DNA from: Mobula hypostoma
Taxonomy: Eukaryota
Direction of reading: 5' to 3'
Length of the DNA: 64,000 nt
NCBI RefSeq assembly: GCF_963921235.1
Contig: NC_086107.1
Span: 104,658,001-104,722,000 of the forward strand
The position numbers and the translations under genes were made by a program. Positions 51,136-63,706 of this stretch are shown here, piece after piece. Below the pieces are notes generated by a model that saw only the letters and a list, made by a program, of their open reading frames with translations, was not told where the DNA came from and made no database searches. Every line of letters starts with the position of its first letter. Position 1 is the stretch's first letter.

Positions 51136-53039
51136 ACACACATCAAAGTTGCGGGTGAATGCAGCAGGCCAGGCAGCATCTCTAGGAAGAGGTACAGTCG
51201 ACGTTTCAGGCCGAGACCCTTCATCAGGACTAACTGAAGAAAGAGTTAGCAAGAGATTTAAAAGTGGGAGGGGGAGGGGAGATCCAAAATGATAGGAGAA
51301 GACAGGAGGGGGAGGGACGGAGCCAAGAGCTGGACAGATGATTGGCAAAAGGGATATGAAAGGATCATGGGACAGGAGGCCCAGGGAGAAGGAAAAGAGG
51401 GAGGGGGGGAAGCCCAGAGGATGGGCAAGGGGTATAGTCAGAGGGACAGAGGGAGAAAAAGGAAAAAGGAGAGTGAGAGAAAGAATGTGTGTATATAAAT
51501 AACAGATGGGGTACGAGGGGGAGGGGGGGCATTAGCGGAAGTTAGAGAAGTTGATGTTCATGCCATCAGGTTGGAAGCTACCCAGACGGAATATAAGGTG
51601 TTGTTCCTCCAACCTGAGTGTGGCTTCATCTTCACAGTAGAGGAGGCCGTGGATAGACGTGTCAGAATGGGATGTGGAATTAAAATGTGTGGCCACTGGG
51701 AGATCCTATTTTCTCTGGCGGACAGAGCGTAGGTGTTCAGCAAAACGATCTCCCAGTCTGTGTCGGGTCTCGCCAATATATAGAAGGCCACATCGGGAGC
51801 ACTGGACGCAATATATCACCCTAGCCGACTCACAGGTGAAGTGTTGCCTCACCTGGAAGGACTGTCTGGGGCCCTGAATGGTGGTAAGAGAGGAAGTGTA
51901 AGGGCATGTTTAGCACTTGTTCCGCTTACAAGGATAAGTGCCAGGAGGGAGATCAGTAGGGAGGGATGGGGGGGACACGAATGGACAAGGGAGCCGCGTA
52001 GGAAGCAATCCTTAGAGAAAGCGGTGGGGGGGGAGGGAAAGATGTGCTTAGTGGTGGGATCCCGTTAGAGGTGGCGGAAGTTACGGAGAATAATATGTTG
52101 GACCCGGAGGCTGGTGGGGTGGTAGGTGAGGACCAGGGGAACCCTGTTCCTAGTGGGGTGGCGGGAGGATGGAGTGAGAGCAGATGTGCGTGAAATGTGG
52201 GAGATGCATTTGAGAGCAGAGTTGATGGTGGAGGAAGGGAAGCCCCTTTCTTTAAAAAAGGAGGACATCTCCCTCGTCCTGGAATGAAAAGCCTCATCCT
52301 GAGAGCAGATGCGCGGAGACAGAGGAATTGCGAGAAGGGGATGGCATTTTTGCAAGAGATGGTGAGAAGAGGAATTGTCCAGATAACTGTGAGAGTCAGT
52401 GAGCTTATAGTAGACATCAGTAGATAAGCTATTTCCAGAGACAGAGACAGAAAGATCTAGAAAGGGGAGGGAGGTGTCGGAAATGGACCAGGTAAACTTG
52501 AGGGCAGGGTGAAAGTTGGAGGCAAAGTTAATAAAGTCAGCGAGCTCAGCATGCATGCAGGAAGCAGTGCCAATGCAGTTGTCGATGTAGCGAAGGAAAA
52601 GTGGGGGACAGATACTAGAATAGGTACGGAACATAGATTGTTCCACAAAGCCAACAAAAAGGCAGGCATAGCTTGGACCCATGCGGGTGCCCATAGCTAC
52701 ACCTTTAGTTTGGAGGAAGTGGGAGATGCCAAAGGAGAAATGATTAAGAGTAAGGACTAATTCCGCTAGATGGAGCAGAGTGGTGGTAGAGGGGAACTGA
52801 TTAGGTCTGGAATCCAAACGAAGCAGAGAGCTTTGAGACCTTCCTGATGGGGGATGGAAGTATTTCGGGACTGGACATCCATGGTGAAAATAAAGCGTTG
52901 GGGACCAGGGAACTTAAAATCATCGAAAAGTTTAAGAGTGTGAGAAGTGTCATAAACATAGGTAGGAAGGGATTGAATAAAGGGGGATAAAACTGTGTCG
53001 AGGTATGCAGAAACGAGTTCGTTGGGGCAGGAGCAAGCT
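51136..53039 (-). mobile_element. Penelope-like element (Neptune-type), 5'-truncated: RT, Cys-rich linker, GIY-YIG
   Basis: RT motifs KGVAMGTRMGPSYA, FLRYIDN (mutated YIDD) and LPFLD. Linker PGTYPCKRNKC*TC. Endonuclease FTCESARVIYCVQCSRCGLLYIGETRHRLGDRFAEH. Flanked by the duplication GAGGTACTACTGCA at 51122-51135 and 53040-53053. Confidence 0.95.
51196..51231 (-). ncRNA. Minimal type I hammerhead ribozyme motif in PLE 3' end
   Basis: Minus strand reads AGTC-CTGATGA-AGGGTCTCGGCCT-GAAAC-GTC^GACT. All core nucleotides are present, stem II is AGG/CCT and the cleavage triplet is GUC. Confidence 0.85.
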
Positions 53040-55677
53040 GAGGTACTACTGCAGTTGTACAAGTCCTTGGTGAGACCACACCTAGGGTATTGTGTGCAGT
53101 TTTGGTCCTCTAATCTGAGGAAAGACATTCTTGCCATAGAGGAAGTACAAAGAAGGTTCACCAGATTGATTCTTGGACTGGCAGGACTTTCAGATGATGA
53201 AAGACTGGATCGACTAGGCTTATACTCTCTGGAATTTAGAAGATTGAGGGGGGATCTGATTGAAATGTATAAAATTCTAAAGGGATTGGACAGGCTAGAT
53301 GCAGGAAGATTGTTCCGGATGTTGGGGAAGTCCAGAACGAGGAGTCACAGTTTGAAGATAAAGGGGAAGCCTTTTAGAACCGAGATAAGGCAAAACTTCT
53401 TCACACAGAGAGTGGTGAATCTGTGGAATTCTCTGCCACAGGAAACAGTTGGGGCCAATTCATAGGCTATATTTAAGAGGGAGTTAGATAAGACCCTTGT
53501 GGTTAAAGGGATCAGAGGGTATGGAGAAAAGGCAGGTACAGGGTTCTGAGTTGGATGATCAACCATGATCGTCCTGAATGGCGGTGCAGGATCAAAGGGC
53601 CGAATGGCCTACTGCTGCACCTATTTTCTATCTTTTTATGTTTTGTCATATGAACAAAGTCTCTTGAATTATTTAAGTTTTGTCTTCTGAGCTTTCAAAC
53701 TTAACTACTTCATATATTTTCTAGCTACATGATATAATTATTCATTTAGTGTGAGTAGTTTTGGAAATCACCAATGCATTCTACTTGGCTGTTTCCATTC
53801 CTGTGGAAGGAATTGAAGTAGGAACTGATTACTGTTTGCTTATTATAGTGCTGCACACAGTAGTAAAGCCTGAAGGCTCCAAATGGGAGCATCAATCTTG
53901 TGTTTTTGTGACTAGAGGTTAGGATAGTGCAAAGGAAGAATATCGATCAGCTGTCACAATATCTGTTATTTGTCCAATGTTGAATTTGAAGGACAGCTTG
54001 AGGTGCTTGGATATTTAATACTACTACAAATTTGTATCTATTTTAATGGCTTTTAATAATTATGTTGGATTGATTAACAATTAATTTTCAGTCAATTTGT
54101 TTTTTGCTATGTAAGTGTTTGGAATTCTAGAAGAACTATAATGTAAGGTAAGATCTGTGAGGTAAAGGTACCTGTTTGGAAAAAGAATATACATGAATAA
54201 GTACATTTGTATGACTAGTTTCCATCATGGATACGGTGCCGAGATAGTTAGTATAACTTGGCTTCCAGATGGGTTGTATATAGAACTAGAGCCTCACTGG
54301 CATTTTGCCATTTAACCAGCATTGTCACTTCAATTAATTTCTTTTCCAATCACTGAGACACAGTGTACACAATATTAAACTGTAGAGATTGGATGACTGG
54401 AATAGAATACATGCAGGGCTTTCGTACCTTTGTGGGTGATTAGGTTTTGTAAAACAGAAGTTTGACTTTGCCAAAGCTGAATGTGAAGTTAACTTCGTAT
54501 GTGATCCAACCTTTATAGTTTATGGTGTCCGTAACCTTGTTGTAGTCTGTCTGTCTCTCTGTCGGTCTGTCTTGTATCGCTCTATTTGACCCTGACCTGG
54601 ATTACTGGTTCCTTCCACTTGCATAGCATTTGATCATTTCTCTGTTATGCTCCCCCGCCCCCCCCCACTATTACCAATCCTGCCAACTGACCACTCTATG
54701 TAACCCCCTGCAATTTATTTGTTGATTTAAAAATATATCCTGATCTATGTAGTTGTTACCTACTTAAAAACACAGAATCTTAAACCATCTATAAACAATA
54801 TTTCATCCAAACTGCGCAGCTCGTTTCTTGGATCAAATCCAATTCATCTATTGCTCTTTGACCTTTGTTGACTTCCATTTAAGAAATATTTTAACACCAT
54901 GTTTTCAAGCCTTTTTCTGTCTCATTCTTTAATTTTCTAACCTTGTCTAGTCCTAAAGCACTCCAAGACCTTTACATACATCCTATTCTGGTCTCTTTCA
55001 TTTCGCTACATTTAATAATTCATCATTTGTGTCAGAGTTTTCTATTAAAGTTACATTTCTGTTGAAGTTGAAGTGATATTAAACAGATTCCTTCCTGAAT
55101 CTCTTAATCCCTTTCTCACTAAGATGATCTTTAAACACACCTTTTTATCTGAACTTATTACTTCTAATATCTTCTTACTTAACTTATTGTTAATGGTAAT
55201 GGAATCTGCAAAGCGGCTTGTGCCCTTTTCCAATGCTATGGTTATGGTGAAATCCCTATTCAAATTTCTAAGCATTTTCCATGGAATTTATACTAATTAA
55301 GCCGATGGTTATTGGAGATAAAGGATCTTAAGTCCCCTGATATTCCTTGGACATTAGTTTAAACCGAATGTCTTTTGCTGCTTCATCAAAAACTTCTTAC
55401 TCCCTCTACTATTTCTGGTTTAGTGGAGGGAATTGGGGTAATTTCCTCTTTACCACCGTTGTTTCTGTTGCAATCTGACATGCTACTTACATAGCTGTTC
55501 TGAGTGGCACTGATTCTGGTAGCATTATTCAGAACATTAGTCATTTCAATAGGGTGCTCCTAGCTAGCAGCCAGGAGAATTTTCTGTTTCATTGATGGTA
55601 ATGCGGTTAAGTTCCACTGTTAATCAATAGACAGGGTCTGAATTGAAAGAATTTTGCCACATCTATTTAAAACAATT

Positions 55678-55834
55678 AGAAGCATAGAAAACCTACAGCA
55701 CAATACAGGCCCTTCGGCCCACAGTGCTGTGTCGAGCATGTACTTACTTTAGAAATTACCTAGGGTTACCCATAGCCCTCTGTTTTTCTAAGCTCCACGT
55801 ACCTATCCAAGAGTCTCTAAAAAGACCCTATTGT
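55678..55834 (-). mobile_element. CR1 3' end fragment
   Basis: Minus strand ..CACAGCACTGTGGGCCGAAGGGCCTGTATTGTGCTGTAGGTTTTCTATG, a CR1-type 3' terminus similar to that at ~14000. Confidence 0.8.
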
Positions 55835-58585
55835 ATTGCATAATTGCTTTGGAAAATGTGTTATTTCTGAACTTGGAATTGAAACTTGACGGGAAATCCC
55901 CTATTAGGAAATGAAAGAAAGGATGATGCGAGTTTATTATACTTTTATTTCGTAAGTTCAGTAGTTTCTTTCTGCACTTTTGACATTTACTGATGTAATG
56001 GGGGAAATGTTTTGTTAATTCTGTCACTTAGAATGTTGACTACATTCTGTAATTAACGATCATTCACTCAGAGTTGCAGAAGCAGTTTGTTATTTTTCTT
56101 ATTCTTTCTTGAAGGTATTGACTGTGAGAGAGAATCAATGATATATCAGGCTGTTGAGAAGTTTAACTTCATTAGTTGCTGAAACAGTTGGTGCTTAATG
56201 TAAGTCAGGGTGAACTCCGTGTGATCTTTTTCATTCTCAGATCTGTATCTGAGAGTACTGCAGCTGCAGTCCAGTTTATATTGTAAGAACACTGATTGGA
56301 CCCAGGCCTTCTGTGACCTTTGTACAGCTGCTAATTGGGAGCAGCTTTGATTTACCCCTCCCCAACCCCTCTTAAGGATTCTTTCCTTGAGGAAATAAGT
56401 AGGCATTGCACTTCACTTAGCACAGATTTTTATCTCATTCACCTGTGCTCACTGTTGTCATTTCTATCTTATAATGTTCAGCAATGTACATACTATTTAA
56501 AAATAAGCTGTCCTGAGGCCTTTGTTACCTGATTTCTATTTCTATTGTGTCCCTGACACTGGGAATAAATGTGTTTTCCACTGTTCTGATTTGTCTTTCA
56601 GTAAAGCTCTCAGTATCAATCCTGTATTTACAATTGTGATGTATCAAAATTTGTCAGGAGATTATTGAGGAATTATGGCTATTATTCTTTGTTCTAGCTC
56701 TAAACAATATCCAAATTTTGCACCACTTTTCTCAATCAAATATTAGAAGTATGTTCTTTTTGTGAAGAACTATTTAGTTTATAAAGATGTGGATTGGATG
56801 CTCCATTGTCAGAATATTTATTTGTAAAAAGCAAGGAATGTTATCTTTTAACTGGATAATAAAATTAGGCATTGATAGCTTTCAGTGAAATTTCACATTT
56901 AAAACGCTCCAACCTCATTCTTGTCATGCTATTTTAAATTAACATATGTCATAGTGCAGGCTCACTTGCGAATCTCATTCCAGCTATCCAGCCTCTTGAT
57001 GCTCTGTACCATATTAGCCTTTGTTTTACAGCAGTATAGCAGTTAGTTTTCTGCATTGCGGTTATTTCAGTTTGTACCCAAGGCATGATTTCACAGGCAT
57101 GGTTTAATTTAGTTCACTAAACGTTGAACTGTGATCTATTCAAAAATAAAGCTGTGATTAGCATTGTTTGGTTTAGTGCTTTTATATAAAGTGGCGCAAA
57201 GTAATCCCCTTGGTCTTAAATGCATCTGTCAGGTGATTTTTGTGACAGATTGAATCTGTGCTCTCAGCAGTTCATGCAGGCTGACTATCTGATGGAATGA
57301 ATAGGTGATTTTACAGCTTTCCATATTCCTGCTAGCAGAGACACTTGACCCTTGAAATAGTGGAGCACTGATCCAGCTGAATGTTTGCTGCACCACGTGG
57401 ATGTTGAATGATTCTGCTGAGGATAAAGACGAGATAAGGGAAAACTGAGCCCAACCATTAGGTGAGATGTATTGCATGCTGTGAGCTCTGAACAAACCAG
57501 TCTTTTAAGACTTGATTGTATGTGTGGTGAAAACAAGGCCATGATGTTTTGTTGTTCTAAAATAATATGAAAGCTGCATGATCAGTGATTCCTCTTAAAT
57601 TATACTATTGCTCTGCGTTTTAGCATCTTATTGAGTTTGTTAGTGGATAGATCCACATTTAATTTCAGTAGGTTAGTTTTACATAATACATTATGCTGGA
57701 GTAAAAGCTGCATTTATCTTTCTTTCTCAGGGCAGGGTAAGTTAGAACTATTGAGCACGGGTTTAAGGTAGGAGGGGCGAAATTTAAAGGAGATCTGAGA
57801 GTGCATTTTTCCATAAAGGAGGTAGTGAATATCTGGAACAAGCTGCCGGAGCAAATAATGGAGACATATGATTATGTTTATGAGGTATTTGGATAGGTAC
57901 TTGAATATAAAAGTTGTGGAGAAATAGTCCAGTGTGCATAGGAATCACAGTGGCATGGATGAGGTAGGCAAAAGTGACTAATTTCTGTGCTGTATATCTA
58001 CAATTATATGATTTGTTCATTGGATGTTACTTACAAGGAACAATTTATTATTTTGTTTTTTAAAATAAGCAGCTTGCTTGTCCATTTTGCAGGATTATAA
58101 TAGTAATAACATTGCAGTTGTTTTTGAAATGTGCGTAAGCAAGAGCAGGTGAAGATAGGAAATACCTTTCCTAAAGGACTTAATCCAATGGGTCTCCAGT
58201 ATAAGCACTTTCTATTTGTGGTATCTATTAACTTATGTTAGTGATTCCAGATTATTTAGTTAATTGAATTTAAAATCTTCAGCTGACACAGTGGAATTGA
58301 AAAGCTTTTGCCTCTAGATAATTAGTCCAGGTATTTGAATTATTCGTCCAAGAATTGCCCTCTTCATTACTGCGTACCTCTAAAGTGATGACGTTAAAAT
58401 TTCAAGTAGTAGGTCACTAGAGAAATATGGCTTGTTATTAAAGAAAGACAGCAGGAATAATATCAGTGTTAGAGAAGTGATTGGAAAACATTGAGGTCAG
58501 GATGAATTTGCAGTTGGAAAGGCAGGAATTAAATATAGTATAGCTTTACTACGGGAAGGTCCTGTCTGAGTAACTGAAATTCAAA

Positions 58586-61500
58586 GTTAAGTAAATTTAT
58601 TATCAAAGAACATGTACCATATACAACCCTGAGATTAATTTTCTTGCAGCATACTCAGTAAATCAAAGAAGCATAATAGAACCAATGAAAGATCACACTC
58701 AGTAGGATGGACGAACAACCAATGTGCAAAAGACAAATTGTGCAATACCATAGGAAGAAAATAACTATAATAATTAAATAAACAATAAATATTTAGAACA
58801 TGAGATGAAGGGGCCTTGAAAGTGAGTTCATTGGTTGTGGGAACAGTTCAGTGATGGGACGAGTAAAACTGAGTGAAGTTATCCCCACTGGTTCAAGACC
58901 CTGATAACTGAGGGGTAATACTGTTCCTGAACCTCCTGTACCATGTTTCAACTGGGAACAGCAGGAAGAGAGCATGGCTTGGATGGTGGGTGTCCTTGAT
59001 GATGGATGCTGCTCTCCTGTAACAGTGCTCCATGTAGATGTGCTCAATGGGGGGTTGCTTTACCCATGCTGAACTAGGCAGTATCCACTACTTTGTAGGA
59101 TTTTTTATTCAAGGGCATTGGTGTCTCCATACCAGGGCGTGATGTAACCAGTCAATATACTCTCCACTACACATCTATAGAAGTTTGTCAAAGTTTTAGT
59201 TGTCATACCGAATCTTCACAGACTTTTAAGGAAGTAGAGGCGCTGCCATGCTTTCTTCCTAATTGCACTTACATGCTGGGCCTAGGACTGATTCTCTGTA
59301 ATGGTAATACCAAATAATTTAAAGTTGCTAATGTAGAGACCCTCTCCATCTCTGATCCCCTGATGAGGACTGGCTCATGGACCTCTGGTTTCCTCCTCCT
59401 GAAGTCAATAGTCAGCTCCTTGGTCTTGCTGACGTTGAGTGAAAGGCTATTGTGGCACCACTCAGCCAGATTTTTAATCTCCCTCCTATATGCTGTTTTG
59501 TCGCCACCTTTGATTCGACCAACAACAGTGGTGTCATCAGTAAACTTAAATAAGGCATTGGAGCTGTGCTTAGCCTCACAGTCATAAATATTAAGAGATT
59601 AAAGCAGGGGCCGAAGCACACAGGTTTGCATTGCACCTGTAATGGAGATTCTGGTGGAACTGTTGCCAATCCAAACTGACTGGGGTCTGCAAGTCAGAAA
59701 ATTGAGGATCCATTTGCACAAGGAGGTATTGATGCCAAGGTCTTAAAGCTTATTGATAAGTTTTGAGGGGATGATGGTACAGAATGCTGAGCTGTAGTCG
59801 ATAAAGAGCATCCTGATGCATGCACCTTTGCTATCCAGATGTTCCAGGGTTGAGTGAAGAGCCAATGAAACTGCTTCTGCTGTGGACCTGTTGAGCCGAT
59901 AAGCAAATTGGAGTTGATTCAAGTTGCCTCTTAGGCAGAAGTTCATATGTTTCATCACTAACTTCTCAAAGCACTTCATCACAATAGATGAAAGTGCTAC
60001 TATTGGTGTTGTTGATCTGCAGCACCAACAGTTGGTGTTGATGTAGGTCACCACATTCTTCATAGGCACTAGTATAACTGAAGCCTTTTTGAAGCAGGTG
60101 GGTACCTCCAGACTGCTGAAGCGAGAGATTGAAGATATCAGTGAACGTTCCAGCCAGTTGATCAACACAAGTCTTTAGTACTCGGCCAGCTACCCCATCT
60201 GGGCTGGATGCTTTTCGTGGGTTCACCCTCCTGAAGGATGTTCTTACTTTGGCCTCAGATTGAAATCACAGGGGCATTGGATTCTTTGGGAGTTCGTGAA
60301 GGTTCCTCCATGTTTTGATGGTCAAAGCCAGCATAGAAGGTATTGAGCTCAGCAGGGAGTGAAGCTTTGATGCCACCTATGTTGTTTGGTTTCACTTTGT
60401 AAGAGGTAATAACATTCAAACCCTATCGCAGCAGTTGAGCATCCTTCACTGATTCATTTTTGGGCCAGAATTGTCACTTCACCCATGAGATGCCTTTCAG
60501 GAGATTGTATCTGGACATCTTGACCTTGCTTTGTTGTTAGACCATAATGCCACTGATTTGACCCTCAGCAGATTGTGGATCTCATGGTTCATCCAGGGCT
60601 TCTAGTTGTGGAAGACTGAATGATTTTGTGGGGACACACTTGTGTATGACTGATTTTATAAAGGCCATGATAACTGTGGTCTATTCTGATGAGTCCTTTA
60701 ACATGGCCCATTCCACGATCTTGAAGCAATCCCGTAGCCACTCCTCTGCCTCACGCAACTGCCTTTTTGTTGTCCTTATCTCTGGAGCCTTGCTGTTTAT
60801 CCTTGCCTATATGCAGGTAAGAGAGGGACAGCTAGGTGATCAGCTTTCTCGAAATGTGGTCTTGGCAGGGAACGGTAGGCATTCCTAATCGTAGTATAGC
60901 ATTCGTCTAGTGTATTGGGATCTCTGGTACTGCAGGTTATGTGCTGATGATAATTGGTCAAGATTTCTTCAAATGAGCCCGATTGAAGTTCCTTTCTATG
61001 ATTTGAAATGCGTCAGGGTGGACTGTTTCTTGTTTGGTGATGGCAGTATTCAGGATCTTGAGTACGTCGGCATTTGACAGTAAACTGCGGTTAGGATCAC
61101 GGAGGAGAATTTTCTTGGTAATAAGAACGGTCGTCTCTTAATCATTAGATGTTCCAGGTCATGGGGAACAAGAGTGTGACAGAGTCACCGCTTTTGAGCA
61201 CCACTAAGAGTTGATCATGAAACACAGACCACCCCCCCCCACACCTTTTGTCTTCTCCAAATTAGCAGTTCTGTCCATTGTATGTATCAAGAAGCTTTTG
61301 TGTCTTTCTGATACATCCAGCATAACTAGAGTGAGCCATGACTCCATGAAACACAGAACACAGCAATTCTTCATTTCCCTGCGACGCAACAATTTTGCCC
61401 TTAAGTCCTCAGTTTTGTTCTACAGTGATTGCACATTTGCTAAGAAGATGCTAGATAGAGGGATTTTAATTCTTCTGTCTTAGTCTGGCTTGGAATCCTC

Positions 61501-61764
61501 GCCCCCTCTAACCCCCCTCCCCCCAAGCTGTGGCAGTGTATCTTTATCTGCTTAAAGATGTTGTACCTGCATGCTTGAGAGTTAAGTTCGCTGGGTCCTT
61601 CAGAAGATTGTGAAATCGCTAGTTCAATAAGACAGTTAAAAGTATGTTGCTTTAAGGGAAATTACAGGCCGCAGTTTGCAGTGAGAGTAATTCAAAAGAG
61701 GTATATTTAGAAGTTTTGTAAGCAGCCTGCAACATGTTGTCATGGTTCACTGGCAGCATCTTGC
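58586..61764 (-). mobile_element. Near full-length (3.2 kb) decayed Rex1/Babar LINE inserted in an old CR1
   Basis: EN remnant (LCFMESWL..GGGLCFMIN) and RT remnants ([40 protein letters not shown]). 8 bp TSD AATTCAAA at 58578-58585 and 61765-61772. Confidence 0.9.
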
Positions 61765-61772
61765 AATTCAAA

Positions 61773-63010
61773 TTTTTGAAGGGTAACAAAACATATTGTT
61801 TGGGGCAATGCAGTTAATGGCAGGGGCATGAACTCAGCAGGTCAGGCAGCATCTGTGGAGACAAAAGTATGGTCAGCACTTCAAGTTGAGAATGAGTCCT
61901 AATGCAGGATCTTGACCTGAAATAGCAATTACCTTTGCATTCCCTAATGCTGCCTGACCTGCTAAGTTCCTCCAGTAGCTTTTCTTTGGTCTAGAAAACA
62001 ACACATTCAGTTTCTGGTGTCTCTCTAAGGCTTTAATAAGGTCTGACATGGATACTGGTCCAAAAGATTAAAGCTCATGAGATATATGGCAAATGAGAAT
62101 CAAAATTGGCTTGGTCATTGAAGACAAAGGTGGAATGTTGTTTCTTTGATTGGAAGATTGACTCTTGGGATCAGTGCTATTTGACATGTATGGAAGACAT
62201 ATGAATAGCAAGTTTGCAGAAGACATTAAAATTGGTATTATTGATAAATGAGGATAGTTGTGGGCGAGAAGATGTTGAGCAGGTGGTAAAATGGGCAGCT
62301 GGGGTTTGAAAAATGTGAGGTGATACACTGTGAGAGGAGTAATAAAGATGTATGAGACAAGGTGGTGGTGATTTAGGGAGTATTGAGCAACAGGGAGACT
62401 TGGTGTACGAGTCTAAAGATCTCTGAAAATAACAGCATAGGTAGATGAGGTGAAGAAAGCAAATAGGCCTATTCACCTTCATTGGTCAGGGCACAAAATA
62501 CAGGTGGTTATAGTACCTCTTTATAACATTGGTTTGGTTGCATCTAAAGTACCACGTACCGTTCTGATTGCCACTATGTCGGAAGAATTCAATTGCACTG
62601 AGGTATATGAGGATTTTGCTTGGGATGGAATGTCTTATTTACGAGGAAAGACTGGATGGACTGCTTTTGTTTTTCTTGGAGCGGAGTTGGCTGTGCTGCA
62701 CCTGATGAAATTGCAGTTAAAGTAGATGGGAGGAAACTTTTCCCCACGGCAGAGCTAACTAAAACTAGAGGAGACAGATTTAGAAGGGATTTGAAGAACT
62801 CTTTTCATTCCGAGAGTAGCTGGAATCTGGTGTGCACTGCCAGATGGGTAGTCAAAGGAAGGTACTTTCAGCATATTATAGCATCTGGACAAGAGCTTAA
62901 ATAGCCAAGGTATAGAAGGCTACAAATTCAGTGCTTGTAAATGGTATTAGTATAGATAGGCATTTGATTGGTGGGGTGAAGAACCTGTTTTGATACTACA
63001 TGACTCGGAC
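61773..63010 (+). mobile_element. Old degenerate CR1 RT and 3' end (continues from ~58540-58577)
   Basis: Recognisable CR1 motifs (AGCAAGTTTGCAGAAGACATTAAAATTGG, GGTGAAGAAAGCAAAT) and a decayed 3' end. Confidence 0.7.
61830..61990. repeat. Fold-back element made of two inverted PLE 3' ends
   Basis: GAACTCAGCAGGTCAGGCAGCAT (61830-61852) and ATGCTGCCTGACCTGCTAAGTTC (61947-61969) are a 22/23 inverted match, with a decayed hammerhead between them. Confidence 0.8.
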
Positions 63011-63043
63011 TCTAAATGTAGTTGATTGGTGCATGTAATTGAA

Positions 63044-63706
63044 TTAGATTAGATTATGAGGACACTCAGTCCTCGTTTATTGTCATTTAGAAATGCATGT
63101 ATTAAAAAATGATACAATGTTCCTCCAGAATGATATCACAAGAAACAGGACAAACCAAGACTAAAACTGACAAAACCACATAACTATAACATATAGTTAC
63201 AACAGTGCAAAGCAATACTGTAATTTGATAAAGAGCAGACCATGGGCACGGTAAAAAAAAGTCTCAAGTCCCGATAGCCCCATCATCTCACGCTGACGGT
63301 GGAAGGGAGAAACTCTCTCTGCCATGCACCTCCAAGCGCCGCAAACTTGCCGATGCAGCATGATTGGAAGCACCCAACCGCAGTGGACTCTTGAATCCGT
63401 CAGAAAACTTCAAGCCTCCGACCAGCCCTCTGACACTGAGCCGTCCCCTGCCGAGCACTTTGACCCCACCCCGGCCGCCGAGCAACAAGCAAAGCGGAGG
63501 ACTCGGGGCCTTCCCCTCTGGAGATTCTGGATCACACAGTAGCAGCAGCAGCGAAGCAGGCATTTCAGAAGTTTCACCAGGTGTTCCTCCGTGCTGTCAC
63601 ACCTGTCTCCATCAGATCAGGATTTGCACGACACCCTACTTGACAGATAACAGACATCACCACCGGAGTGGCTGCTGCGAGCTGCATTGCGCCGCCATCT
63701 TCTCCT
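63044..63706 (-). mobile_element. ~650 bp non-autonomous non-LTR element, copy 2
   Basis: The minus strand starts AGGAGAAGATGGCGGCG. It ends ATGACAATAAA, a hairpin at 63058-63074 and (ATCTA)n. Colinear with 30006-30660. Confidence 0.85.

Larger units (their letters stand above)
50078..53640 (+). mobile_element. 5'-truncated CR1 LINE (RT) split by a PLE insertion
   Basis: ORF 50045-51292 has CR1 RT motifs up to EVLLQ, and the frame resumes in ORF 52995-53465. CR1 3' end and tail near 53580-53640. Confidence 0.95.

Noticed and set aside
50045..51292. 415 aa RT ORF with an unusual C-terminus
   Set aside because: It is a 5'-truncated CR1 frame running into the antisense PLE tail, not a domesticated gene.
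56115..56199. Candidate exon after a strong pyrimidine tract
   Set aside because: Stops in all frames, a weak exonic donor context and no other support.
57731..57736. Apparent 6 nt micro-exon (TTCTCAG|GGCAGG|GTAAGT)
   Set aside because: It lies at the start of a decayed CR1 3' fragment, so the motifs are explained by repeat sequence.
57960..57975. TGAGGTAG let-7-like seed
   Set aside because: The rest does not match let-7, there is no hairpin, and it sits in a CR1 3' end.
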